The notes: generated by a model from the sequence alone, not told the origin. Positions 51,958-64,000 are shown, counted from the first letter of the stretch. The stretch is 64,000 bases of DNA from Octopus sinensis (GCF_006345805.1 NC_043009.1:34038001-34102000), one strand, 5' to 3'. Translations and numbers: made by a program.

Positions 51958-52323
51958 AGAGGAAACAACAATAAGCCAGAATGCTAAACTGAAAGTAAAT
52001 TTTAATAAAAATGGGTGTATGAAAAATTAAAAAAGAAGAAATCAAACTAGCTTTCATGGCAAGGCAAATTTTCAAGATTTGGGAGGGAAAAAATTTTTTT
52101 TTAAATTGAGGAAGGGGAAAAAAGAAATTTACAATGTTTTTTTCAAAAAACTAATAAATATATACAAAAATTAATAAGTCTACCAATACATTGTAGTGTC
52201 TTTATGCTTTTAGAGTTCAATATTAGTCCATGGAAAAACTTCCTTGGAGGATTAGGATGCATGTGTTTTAGTGTAGTGTTTTGTTTGAAAAAGTTGGATG
52301 TTTATGAGTCAAAACAGGAAATG

Positions 52324-52376
52324 GGATAAGAGTTATCCAATAGGATAAGAGTTATCCAATAGGATAAGAGTTATCC
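52324..52376. repeat. Three copies of a 19-bp unit containing the palindrome GGATAA-gag-TTATCC
   Basis: Read directly. Confidence 0.9.
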
Positions 52377-52479
52377 TGTGAGTAAAGGGAGACAATTCTG
52401 TGGATTTTATACACTTTAATCGGATTGCTGGATTTTTTGTCAAACAGGATGCTTATATCTATTTTTTGTCAGACAGGAT

Positions 52480-53490
52480 GGTAGAAAAAGGAATACGGTC
52501 ACCGTGGAGTTTGCATATTAAGAAGCGTTTGGAATTTTTCAATAAACTACAACTTGTGGAGTTTTTTACTGACAAAAATAATGAGAATGACAAATCCTTG
52601 GTGAAAAATAAAACAAAATTTAAACATCTAGATTAGTTCATTGACATCCTCTCCAGATTCCCACTGAAACATAATACCAATGTCAGACATTTCAAACATT
52701 TCAAAACTAGAAAAGTTTGCCCTTATACGTCGTCAAAGTGACAACACAATTGTCATCAAACAAGCAGACAAAGGGTGCCATTATTATAATGGATACAGAA
52801 TATTACCAGAATCTAGCAGAAGATCATTTAAAAGATACAATGTTCTACCATGAAATACCCTCAAATATTGACAGCTACATCATGAAGAAACTCAATTATT
52901 TAGTCTCACAACATTGTAACTCCCTCACTTCTAATGAAAGGGACTATATTACCAATTTCGAATTGAAATCCAACAACTTCTATGGCTTACCCAAAATACA
53001 TAACTCAAAAGAAATACAGAACGCTATAAAGGAACAAGGTTGTGAATTTATAAAATTACCACAACCAGAGGACTTTAAACTAAGACTCGTTATAACTGGT
53101 CTGGCCTGTCCTACACATTGTCTGAGCAACCTCAATTTCATTCAAGATGACATTGACTTCTTGTCACATCTGACCAAACAACAGAATCCCATTCACTGTC
53201 AGTGTTGATGTAACAAACTTATACACAAACATTCCACATGATTTGGGACTTACTGCTATAAAATATTGGGTCGAGAAACATAGGGAAGCGATCCTGAGTA
53301 GATTTACTATAACCTTCATACTAGACGTGGTCAGCCTCATTCTCAAAAACAATACATACCTTTTTCAACAGAGAAAAACTACCTCCAAATTTGAAGCACA
53401 GCTATGGGGATGCAATTTGCTCCAGTTTTTGCAAACTCAGTATTGGGATACTTGGAACAAAACCTATATAAAGAAACTGAAGAGAACTAC
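52480..53490 (+). pseudogene. Penelope-like RT remnant (second family)
   Basis: KQADKG/AIIIMDTEYY, FYGLPKIH, LRLVITGLACPT, DVTNLYTNIPH, TAMG…FAPVFAN. Confidence 0.85.
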
Positions 53491-54251
53491 GTCAGGTGGG
53501 ACAGGATGAAGGAGTGATTGAAGTTTGTATAGTTTAGTGTGAGCAAGAAAAGTCATGGAGAAGGCAGTTGAGATGGAGAATGAAATGTATGTGCATATAT
53601 ATATAAATATATATATATATATGTGTGTGTGTAGTTTATAGATCCAATGGAGGTAGAATCAATCTAATGAGAAATAAATATCAGTTTAATACACAACCAA
53701 AAGAGCTACTAATAGTTTCACGCTTTTTATGATACTTGAACAGACATATTTATAAAATGCAACATGTACCTCCAAGCAGTTTTTAGGCTCTGTTTATGTG
53801 TTATATAAATTTTAAAAAGCAAGGATGCTGGACAATACCTAATATTGCCAGTTCACAGTTAGATTCAACAACAGAAAATTATACAGTCCATCTTCTAATA
53901 ATCTAAATAATAGCATAAATCAACAGGGATCTAATCTTCTGAACAATAATATACATCTTAACCCAACAATAACCCTAACCTGTCTAATCAAGTAAATAAA
54001 CTCTGTAATTGTATAAATAAATCCTTGTGTTCACTTGTTGTTTAATCTTTACTATATCAATTAAGCTGTAAATCAGTTTATAAGATGTCCTTATATGTAT
54101 CATTGATCTTCCTTATATCTTTACTTGTAACTAAGCTACCAGCATGTATCTAGTGCTATATTAATGCTACTAGTTTACAATAAAAGTAGCTCCTCTGAAT
54201 TGATTCTAGATCTGTTTCCCATACTTTATTTTACCTTATTTTATTTTATTT

Positions 54252-55225
54252 GGATCTTTTCAGTTTGGCGCCCAATTATAGAAAATTCAAAGTTTATTGA
54301 AAATTTTAAAATTTGGTACATTAATGTAGTTTTCCAAGCTGAATCTCAGGAGACATTTCACTTTGACCAGGAAAAATTAAAAACATTATAGAGGTTTAAA
54401 ATTTGATCATTTTCACCCAGTCAGTAAACAGGATTTGGAAGCTGTCATTTTGTGCGTGATGTGTCTTAATATGAAACTTTAAATAAATCGTTTATGAATT
54501 TGTGTTGCAAGATTCCTGATATGAAACCATGTGTTGAAACAGATATTGTTGTATTTCAGGATGATCATTTTTTTTTACTAAATAAACACATACACACTAT
54601 ATATTCATTCTTCACTCATTTATTACTGTTCTTATTCTAACTCATGTCCATTGTCCAGAAATCTTTCGTCACACATCTGTGACCTCTTCAGTGACACTTT
54701 CCATCTTTGTGTATCCTCTTAAATAAATCAACTTCTGCTTTATGCACAACATATAGCCCCACATAACTTTTTTCTTTTTGGAATTTTCAGAAGATTTTAG
54801 CAAATTTGTATTCTACACTCAGGAATTCATACATTTATGCAAAAACCAAAAAAAAAAAAAAATTAGGAGATACATGATTTAAAGCCTACATGGATGTTAT
54901 TTTTAGCACATCTCTCAACCAGCAGATAGGCACAAGCAGCAGAATGCAGCATCAGTGTACATGCTTTTGCGTAGAATATATTTGTCAACACATGCTATCT
55001 CACAGACAAAGGAGTTTTTATATTAGGCTTGTTACCAAGGAAACAAGCACGAATGTGTCTGTGGCTTACGATTGGCTAAAATTACCCCAAATTTTCAAAC
55101 TTTAAAAGCTAACAACTTTTTAGTTATTGATTTATTGCAAAAATGAATTTCAAAGTATATAAAACCAAATTAATTTGATCAGGAATTGAAGAGATTGAAA
55201 ATTGGCAGCTAAACAAAAAAGATCC
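54252..55225. mobile_element. GGATC-TIR DNA element with nested insertions
   Basis: ggatcttttcagtttggcgcccaa / ttggcagctaaacaaaaaagatcc; near-TSD ttttattt / ctttattt. Confidence 0.65.
54653..54697 (-). ncRNA. Minimal type I hammerhead in a solo pLTR (about 54505-54720)
   Basis: GTCA CTGAAGA G GTCACA GATG TGTGAC GAAA GATT TC TGGAC. Confidence 0.8.
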
Positions 55226-56472
55226 CTTTATTTATTATCTATTTCATTTAGTATCTTTCCCCACTTTACCTTATTGTTTCCATTTCCATTTTACATAATT
55301 GTAATCATAAATATAACAAAAATATTTTAACTCTTATAACTGCCAACACAATAGCATGATAGAGTTAGAAAGTATTTGCATGAATATTGTCTGTGTGTGT
55401 GCATGCACGTATGAATATCTAAAAATTGATACATATAAATGATACTATAATCTGTTTAGGTCAATTAAACTAATTACTACTCTGATATTAGTGTTTTGTG
55501 TTAGAACTGGGGAGGTGAGGTATTTCTGCTTGTCAATATTCATATATGAATGTATGTATCTGTGTGAATGTGCTTGTGAATAGTCATATAATGTATATGG
55601 TCAATTCCATCCTTCAAAATCAGCAGTGCATGAAATTCCAAAAGCTTAAGCCCTACCTATTTTCTTCTTTTCTTTTTTCTCCATACTTCCCATTCTATTT
55701 GTTTCCTCTTTACCATTTGCTTTATTCATTTGAATAATAGGGATGGTCTACATAATTTACTTTAGAGAACAAATCTATTTTAGTAAGCATATCTTTTTTT
55801 TTTTAGAGAGAAATTGATTTTTGATTTTCTTATTTTACAACTTATACTTTTTCTGAATTCTGACTGGTTTATTAATCTTTTTTTTTTTTTAATTATATTG
55901 CATTTATCTACAGCTTCTTTCCCTAATTTACATTGATCTACAGTAATGATTGTAGTTGAAACCATACATGGTAACCTGCCCAAATCTATAATCTGTGATA
56001 TATATTGAGACTAGCTTAAGGTGACCTGCTCTTCGCGCAGGGTGAGCGAGTGGTTGTTACTTTCTGTTTCTTATCGCCAGATTCTCCCTTTTTGTTTCTC
56101 TCTCCTTTCTCTCTCACTTTCCCACTCTCTTACTCTTCCTTTCTCTCGGACTCTCCCTCGCTTTCTCTTACTCTCTATCTTTCTCTATCTATCTCTCTCC
56201 CATTTATAAAAAAACAAAAGATCTTGAGTAAGTTGAGAAAGATAAATATTTTGAAAGATCAATCATAAATATCAGGCAGTGACAACGGAAAGCACACTTG
56301 CCTTTTGCATGTGCCACTATTTGAGAGATTGAGGAATTTTTAGTCGACTGTATCAACCCCAGAATTTTTTTTATTTTCTTACTTGTTTGAAACATTAGAC
56401 TGCAGCTATGCTGGGGCACCGCTTTGAAGAATTTTTAGTTGCAGAAAAATCAGCATTTCAAAATTTAAATAA

Positions 56473-56695
56473 CCCTTTTGTTACCATATTTCTGTTGAGA
56501 TACTCTCTGTTTCTTTCAATTAATTTTAAACATAACAAAGAATTTAGTAAAATAACTTAGTTATTGTTAAGCTAGTGTTAGGAACATAAAATCTTTCACC
56601 AAAACCTTAGTCACAATTTCATTCAAAACTTTTGATAACAAGACCTTTGTACTAGAGAGCTAGAGGCAGTTTCAGGTGAGTTGGTATCAAAAGGG
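56473..56695. mobile_element. piggyBac-type MITE
   Basis: ataa|cccttttgttacca … tggtatcaaaaggg|ttaa. Confidence 0.75.
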
Positions 56696-57679
56696 TTAAA
56701 GTCTTTTATTTTCTTCTCTTCATATTTAGAGATTAATGAGAATGAGCCAACCTTTTGAACTTTCTGCAGCCGTTCAAAGTATAACAGAATTATGGCGCTG
56801 AAGGCTAAGTCATTCAAATGTGCTTCTTATCGTTTCTATCTTTCTACACATTTCTTGAAGTAAATGCCTTTCTCTTTGTTACAATTTAGACACTATATAC
56901 ATTGAGTAGTAAAAGGTCTTGTGTTCTGTTATTCTTTTTACTTATTTATTATTCTTTTTACTTATTTATTTTCAATTGAATATATTTTTGTTTAATTAAA
57001 AATTAGAATTTTGGAAAAAAAAAAGTTTCCGATTTTGCTTATGTGAAATTAGAAAAGACCTTCTAGGCTTAACTTCATGTGTTGGTTGAAAATCACCTAA
57101 AAAAATTCTGGAGTCGATACATTTGACTAAAAATTCTTCAAGTGGTGCCCCAGCATGGCCAATCTAATGATTTAACAAGTACAAAAACAACCAAAAAATG
57201 AAATATATCACCAAGGTCATTTTGACCAGGTTTAAAAAAAAATTCTAGATCCATACAGTCATTTAAAAATTCTTCAAGGTAGTGTCCTAGAATGGCCACA
57301 GTCAAATAACTGCAACAAGTAAAAAGGGGGAAAAAATTCTGGTGTTGGTACATTCAGCTAAAAATTCTTCAAGGCAGGGTCCCAGCATGGCCACAGTCTA
57401 ATGACTGAAACAAATAAAAGAGGAAAAAAAAAAGAAAAAATAACTGAAAAATATAACCAACTTTTGCCCACTTTCACACTAACTATGGGTGTTTTGTCTG
57501 TGGGGCTTTTGTCCTACACTCATATAAATCATCATCATCATCATCGTTTAACGTCTGCTTTCCATGCTGACATGGGTTGGACAGTTTGACTGAGGACTGG
57601 CATGCCAGAAGGCTGCACCAGGCTCCAATCTCATCTGGCAATGTTTATACAGCTTGATGCCCTTCCTAATGCTCTCCCA

Positions 57680-58032
57680 GAGTTTTACATTGAAGTTCCC
57701 TTTTCGGTTGTGGTTAAGCTTTTTCCCTTTTACCAAGCCACTGTTTACAACGTTTAACATTTTGATAGAAGATCCATTTTTCATCACCAGTCACAAGTCT
57801 ATCCAAAAAGGGTGAGATGAGTTCACGGGAATGAAGAGAAGAGCAGATGTCAACTCGGGATTTGCAGTTGTTTTCCGACAATTCATGAGGCACCCATTTT
57901 CCAAGTTTAGGAACTTTTCCAAGTTGTTGAAGATGACAATGAACAGTTGTATGGTTTGAACTAAGCTTTATTGCCAGTTTTTCAACTGATAAAGCAGGAT
58001 TTTCTTCAAGTAATGCCTCAAGGAGCTTATCA
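57680..58032 (-). pseudogene. Mariner transposase fragment
   Basis: GKWVPHELSE…FLDRLVTGDEKWIFYQN. Confidence 0.9.
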
Positions 58033-58225
58033 TCATACATACATACATGCATACATACATACATATGTGGAAAATCGGTGTGTGTTTGTTTGTGGTGTTG
58101 TTATCTAACTCCTACTACATCGTTTTATTGATTTTGATGAAACTTGACACGTGAGTAGAATTCATGTCTGGAAACCTTGACATACTTAGATTGTAGATGA
58201 AAATTGAAAATATGGCTCGTGGAAG

Positions 58226-58590
58226 GGAGATTAGGAAGTTAAAAATTGTTTATTATTAACAACAAATTGGTCACCTTCGTTTCTTACAGCTGTTTCAATT
58301 GATACTCAGTAATTTAATTACAAATTTGTACATTAAATTTACTTACACTTATGTAACATGTGTAGTTTCATCAGAGGAGAAAAGATGTATCTTTGGATGT
58401 CATATGTGGGCTTATCAATTCATTTCAGCAGCCTGCTGAAATGAATTGATAAGCCCACATATAACATCGAAATATAAATTTAATGGACAAATTTGTAATT
58501 AAATTACTGAGTATTAACTGAAACGGCTGTAAGAAGCGAAGATGACTAATTTGTTGATACTAATAAACAATTATTAACTTCCTAATCTCC
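58226..58590. repeat. Fold-back element with near-perfect central hairpin and hammerhead-like motifs
   Basis: Outer arms ggagattaggaagtt / aacttcctaatctcc; central 30-bp stem 58402-58462; GAAACAGCTGTA on the minus strand and GAAACGGCTGTA on the plus strand. Confidence 0.85.
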
Positions 58591-58839
58591 ATTTTCTTTT
58601 CTTCTTTTAAATATTACCCTACAACTCCACTTTGTTATATATATAGATATATAGATGTATATATATATATATATATATAGAACAAGTAGAAAGATAAATT
58701 TTAATCAACGCGTAGATACTGAACAGTATATATATAAAGGATAAAATCTTTTTTTTTTTGTAAAAGTAGAAAAATTTGCTTGCAGCCAACCATGAGGATC
58801 GAACTCACACCTCTCCAATATCCGGTCATATATATATAT

Positions 58840-59085
58840 CGTTGCTATTATGCAAAAGTGTCGTAAGTCCAAACGTTACCTTTCAGAAAACGAACAAATA
58901 GTTTCACCATTCCATAGCAAAACCGTTGTATTACTCTTTGACAATTTTTGACATTTTGGCATCTGAAGCAGCTGGAAATACAATAGCTTGACCAATAGAA
59001 TCAGCTATTGCAAGCAAAAATAAATATTGAAAAAAAACACACTTGGCCAAATTTGAATATACAACAGTTTAACATAATAGCAACG
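58840..59085. mobile_element. MITE with 13-bp TIRs
   Basis: cgttgctattatg … cataatagcaacg, within TA/TG repeats. Confidence 0.65.
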
Positions 59086-59477
59086 GTGTGTGTGTTTGTG
59101 TGTGTGTGTGCGTGCGTATAGAGAGAGAATGTATGCTTTTCAAAAGAGGAGAAATAATAAGAACATAAACGATTGCATAATAAAAAAAAAAAGGTAGTCT
59201 CTGTACTTTACTCTTTTACTCTTTTACTTGTTTCAGTCATTTGACTGCGGCCATGCTGGAGAAAATTGACCCCGGGACTTATTCTTTCTAAGCCCAGTAC
59301 TTATTCTATCGGTCTCTTTTTGCCGAACCGTTAAGTGATGGTTATATTATTAATGAAAAAGAAACAGCTGTAATTTATGAGATATGTCATTAGTTTGTAT
59401 AAAATATTTAAATTGAATTGAATTTATATTTGTTCAATTTATTGTTTTGTTTTCCATTTCTTATTTATATATATGTA

Positions 59478-59835
59478 TTTAAGTTAAGTTAATTTTTTGG
59501 CTCAAAAAGCAAAAAGCAAGGCCATGTAGGGGGATATGGAGTTATGTACAGGGTGGTGTTCATGCAAAGAGTTCAGGCCATTTGTGGTCAAGGGAGACTT
59601 TGAACCAAGCGGTCATTGGCATCTTCACTATCTCGTCCGGCAGCTTATTCCATGGATCCGCAACCCGGATGGAAAAAGCCTCTCTCCTTCGATTGAGATG
59701 AAATCATCGCAGATAGAGCTTTTCGGAGTGACTCCGCAGCCGACGTGACTCCGCAGGAGTGAAGAACAGCTCTTTCGAGAGGTTACACTTTCCGCTTATG
59801 ATGTTGTGAGCAAGAATGAGATCTCCACGGCGTCA
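59478..59835 (-). mobile_element. CR1/L2-type LINE 3' end
   Basis: RRGDLILAHNI…RLRSHSEKLYLRRFHLNRRREAFSIRVADPWNKLPDEIV; (TTAAC)n tail. Confidence 0.8.
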
Positions 59836-60276
59836 CACACACACACACACTCATTTGACTAAAAATTCTCCAAGGCGGTCCCCCCAGCATGGCTGCAGTC
59901 TATTGACTGAAACAAGTAAAAGATAAAAGATACACAAATGATGAACTCTCCCATCAAAAATGACATATCAGCATTCAGCTTTTTGCTGAACAACCGGCAC
60001 AAATTATTTGCTTATAGTGATCAAGTGTATGTGCTGTACTTTAGCTCACTCTCACTATAAAATCAATGTTGTCTAAACAGGTGCATGTGAGATGAAGGGC
60101 TTTGCTCAACAATGCTTCACCCAGTCTAAGAAGTGAAACTGCAATTTCACAATCATGAATGCAACACCCTGACTACTAGGCCATACGTCCTCACTGTATG
60201 TGTATATACATATACACAGACATATATATAATTAATGGCATGACAAGGGAACAGGAATTATGCAATTATCTTCATT

Positions 60277-60357
60277 AGCTTACAGCTGTTTCTGCTATAA
60301 GAAGCAGTGCACTCAGAGCTGAGTGCTTGTGCATCACTTTATAGCCTCCTTGGAGCC
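60277..60357 (-). ncRNA. Decayed hammerhead motif with extended stem II
   Basis: GCT CCAAGGA G GCTATAA…GCACTCAG CT CTGAGTGC…TTATAGC A GAAA CAGCTG TA AGC; core is two transitions away from CTGAGGA. Confidence 0.5.
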
Positions 60358-60509
60358 TTTAAGATGAAATTTATGTTTATTTGGGAAAACATTGTCCAGT
60401 TTACTGAGTAAAAAAAAATATATATATATGTCTAACATCACACACACATGCATAGATTTATGTATTTGTTTTACAAAATTCTTCATGTTAAATTGTGTGC
60501 TAAAACATA

Positions 60510-61712
60510 TATTGTTACATTTGTGGGTGGTCATATTTGCCAACAAGCACATGCACTATTTATTTGGTGTTCACTTTAGCTTTATTCTTATCACTAGTTT
60601 ATTTGTTATACTTCTCTCGTCACACATTCTGTGACCTTTTCACATCTTGTCTTTCTGAAAAAAGAAATTGATGGAATAGGTAGGACAAGACCAGAGAGAA
60701 GAGGAGACGTGAAAAACAGGCAGTCTTTGAACAGGTCACAGAATGTGTGATGAAAGAACTCTGACAAATAAACTAGTAGTAATCATAATAGTGAAGAACA
60801 TAGGAAAATCCTTCAAAAGGTGATATAAATATGCAGTTTGGTACACCTATAGTTTAAAACAGGCTCTTTAAGATAGGCATGATTGCTAATGTGAAAATCA
60901 AAACTGGCGGCCAAAATCCAAGATGGTGTCAAACATTAAAATTTCATAATTGTGATGAACAGGAAAAAAGTTTTATTATAATAAACATTATTTATTATGC
61001 AATATTTTACACAAATGGTCTTATATTTATCTTTTGAAAGATAAAGATATCTTCTTCCCTAATTCAGGTTATACAGGTTTCATCATCAATCAGATGCATG
61101 GACAGGCACAAAGGAAAGTACAAGGAAGGGTTGACTTCTTGCATGTGGTACATCCTGCACACTCAGTTTTGCTTAGGCACTTTTTAAGTGCTTGACATTG
61201 TTCTGCTATGGCACTTAGTTCAGTCCAGTGAATGTGCCATCATCATTATTTTTCCACCCCCAGGTGACAGGTAATGGCAGTGCTGGCTTCGTCTGGAGAG
61301 CCTGGCCCCATATGTGACCCACCAGATATGTAGCTCTGCCTGATATGTATAACCTGAATTAATGAAGATGGTAGAAAAATCCTTCAAGAGGAAAATGTAA
61401 GGCCATTTGTGTAAAATATTGCATAATAAATAATGTTTATTATAATAAACCTTATTTTCTTTTTATCACAATTATTGATCTTTAATGTTGGACGCCATCT
61501 TAGATTTTGGCCGTCATTTTCGATTTACACATTGGTAATCATGCCTATCTTAAAGAGCATGTTTTAAATTAGAAGTGTGCCAAATTGCATGCTTGTATCA
61601 CCTTTTGAAGGATGCTTACAAAATTTGACATTTATCCTGCTCACTATAAAGCTAAAGTGAAGATCAAAGTTCTGTTTATTGGCAAAATGACTGTCCCCAA
61701 ATATAACAATAT
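60510..61712. mobile_element. Fold-back pLTR element with hammerhead motifs at about 60602-60645 (-) and 60723-60768 (+); right arm split by a DNA transposon
   Basis: actagtttatttgt…gtcacacattctgtgacct mirrored by aggtcacagaatgtgtga…acaaataaactagt; the arm resumes at 61647 (taaagctaaagtgaa…aaatataacaatat). Confidence 0.7.
60789..61646. mobile_element. Non-autonomous DNA transposon with ~280-bp TIRs, Academ-like
   Basis: TAA|TAGTG…CACTA|TAA (3-bp TSD); long imperfect TIRs; minus-strand internal remnant CKKSTLPCTFLCAC (Cys-rich transposase tail). Confidence 0.65.
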
Positions 61713-61716
61713 ATAT

Positions 61717-61875
61717 ATCTATACATATAAAGCTGAGAATGAGTCTGTCTGTTTGTCTGCCTATCTGTCTGTATGTGTGCATCACTAAAACTCAAGAACT
61801 ACCCAACAGATTTCAATCAAATTTTATACATGCCTTACTTAGGGTCCATGCAGTATCATGGGCCAAAAACTTCTC
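61717..61875 (+). mobile_element. Non-autonomous Helitron/Helentron-like 5' end
   Basis: atctatacatataaagctgag followed by a (GTCT)n tract and gatttcaatcaaatttt; similar element at 58070-58222. Confidence 0.55.
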
Positions 61876-62255
61876 ACAGTATTCACTATTTTCCTCTTGT
61901 TCTTGTCTAATGGCCCTCCATGTTTGTTTGTGTTCGGTTTCCTTGTGTGTCTCCACTGTCATGTTTTTATTCTCAATTTTGACCTCCATAAATCCTAACT
62001 TTTATTTTAGAATTTATGGGAGCAACTGTCTTTGAAGACTCATCTCATATTGTCGTTGAATGCTCGAAATGAGGAGTAGATAGACAGCCAAAAACTGATG
62101 GAGGGTCCTTTCTCTGTGTTTATTTAGCCTGTTCTCCATTTTTTTTCTCATTTATGTATTTAACTTGTTTGTTTACGTATTTCATGTTGTTTGAACCGTT
62201 GGTGATGTGCTGTACTCATATATGCATGTATATGTGTGTGTATGTGTATACATCT

Positions 62256-62304
<49 letters not shown>

Positions 62305-62307
<3 letters not shown>

Positions 62308-62490
62308 AAAAAGCACCCACTACACTCATGGAGTGGTTGGCGTTAGGAAGGGCATCCAGCTGTAGAAACACTGCCAGATCAGACTGGGCCTGGCTCAGCC
62401 TACTGGCTCCCCAGACCCCAGTTGAACCGTCCAACCCATGCTAGCATGGAAAACGGACGTTAAACGATAATGATGATGATGATGATGATA
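62305..62490 (+). mobile_element. SINE 3' part with RTE-like end and (GAT)n tail
   Basis: ggagtggttggcgttaggaagggcatccagctgtagaaac…aaacggacgttaaacgat; many copies in the window. Confidence 0.85.
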
Positions 62491-62501
62491 TATATATATA
62501 T

Positions 62502-62533
<32 letters not shown>

Positions 62534-63219
62534 AACACACACAAACACATGTAAGGAACAGATAGATGTAGTTAGGCACTACATATGTTTCCAAAGCAGA
62601 AAAAAATCCTTTCTTCGGGTGCTAGCTGCAAGGTTATCAACTCTGAAGCCACAATGGTTATCAGACTGTCATGTGCGAAAAGAAAAAGCCCATTAAGATA
62701 TACTGTGTGGGAGAGGTAAGTGGCTTTAGCAAACAGCTAATTGCACGCCTTCTCCATAGTCTACTCAACAAGCATAAAAGTGGGTGTGGTTTCAAAGATA
62801 CCAATTCATTATCTATATTATTTACAATAAGATGTGTATTCGAAGTGACATGGCTTTCAACTCTACACTTAGTTAAGTGTGTCAAGAAGACACCACATAA
62901 AAATAAGTTACACTCACAAGATAGGAAGATTTATAAATTAAAAATAGGTAAAATAAATTATAGAAAATAATAAAGAACCAAAAATTTATAAGTAGTAAAA
63001 GTTGTTAATGGTTGAAAAGAGAATTAAAATAGAATAATAGAAAAGATTAATAAATATCAAATAAATTCTATGCAAAAATATTTATGACTACATATCTATA
63101 CACACATATATAAAAGATAAAAAATAAAGAATAGAAAGATACCACTGACAAACATACACACATTACAATCATATCCAACACTAATGAATCCTAGTCAACT
63201 TGGGTTGAATAATGGCTTC

Positions 63220-63427
63220 AAATGTTGCCACAAGTGCAGCCACTTTGGGGGAGGGGATGAGTTGATTACATCAACCCCAGTGTTTCACTGACACTTATTT
63301 TATTAACCCTGAAAGGATGAAAGGCAAAGTTGACCTTGGCAGAATTTGAACTCGGAAAATAAAGACAGACGAAATACTGCTAAACATTTTGCCTGGTGTG
63401 TCAATGCTTTTGCCAGCTCGCCACCTT
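63220..63427 (-). mobile_element. Meta-domain-like SINE
   Basis: gaaaggatgaaaggcaaagttgaccttggcagaatttgaactc. Confidence 0.8.
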
Positions 63428-64000
63428 TGTTGGCTTGAATAATAACATTCATTCAGATATCAAGTCTCACATAATAGGGGAGATTAGAACGTGAACCCTG
63501 CATATAGTAATGGTCTGAGTAGGAATAATAACAATAATACTTAGTAAATCTTAACTGTATGTATGATAACTTTGTTAACCCCAATATGAATAATGGTAAT
63601 AATGTAACTAGTAACAACAGTATAATAACATCAAAAATTATAGCTTGACTCAGGTTATAATGAGATCCACAGGTAGATTATCTAATTGTAAGTGTTCCTC
63701 TACTCAGCCTTTAGATAATAAATGCCTAATTAACATTATTTATAAACGTGAGGTTAGTACAAGACAATCTAAATATGTCTACATAAGTGATCCTTGTAAT
63801 GACAATGTCCTGTTTACATAATCATTATCAGAGCTTCAGATAGTAGCACATCACTAAGAAGATTTGTGAGTTGAAGACGGGCATAGTGATCACTCAAAGA
63901 AATGGTGAATTGTTCAATGTGCAATCAAGTTAACATCATTTATAAATCTGATGTAATTATTATGACATGCAAATATCAATTATGCAAGATTTTCCTCTTA

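Noticed and set aside
52324-52376. CRISPR-like palindromic repeat array
   Set aside because: No unique spacers (constant AATA), eukaryotic context, no cas genes
57110-57425. Three repeated aaaattcttcaag…ccagcatggccac modules
   Set aside because: Tandem 3' modules of a common SINE also present at 22210 and 59855
59355-59380. GAAACAGCTGTA hammerhead 3' half
   Set aside because: No CTGANGA or stem II upstream; truncated relic
60015-60057. 43-bp TAGTGA…TCACTA mini inverted repeat resembling the Academ-like ends
   Set aside because: Too short and flanks do not form a matching TSD; could be chance

Overview
AT-rich, repeat-dense animal genomic DNA. The SINE families, microsatellite load and transposon mix point to an octopus (coleoid cephalopod); this is recognition, not a database result. 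Most of the window appears to be intronic or 5' sequence of one minus-strand host gene. A large first coding exon (acceptor at 34510, ATG at 34323, phase-0 donor at 32929; 465 codons of low-complexity, phosphosite-rich protein) is visible, and so is a candidate alternative 10-codon first exon (3229-3200, MFRKRSSTVG, also phase 0). The rest is decayed mobile DNA: Penelope-like elements, Mag/Gypsy LTR remnants, RTE and CR1 LINEs, mariners, Helitron RepHel remnants, and hAT, piggyBac, Academ-like and GGATC-TIR MITEs, plus many tRNA-derived SINEs. The most notable signal is about a dozen minimal hammerhead-ribozyme motifs from several Penelope-type pLTR families. Many sit in non-coding fold-back elements with one motif per strand, some have very long stem-II insertions, and some carry an apparent G3:C8 compensatory core swap. 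Coordinates of decayed elements are approximate.
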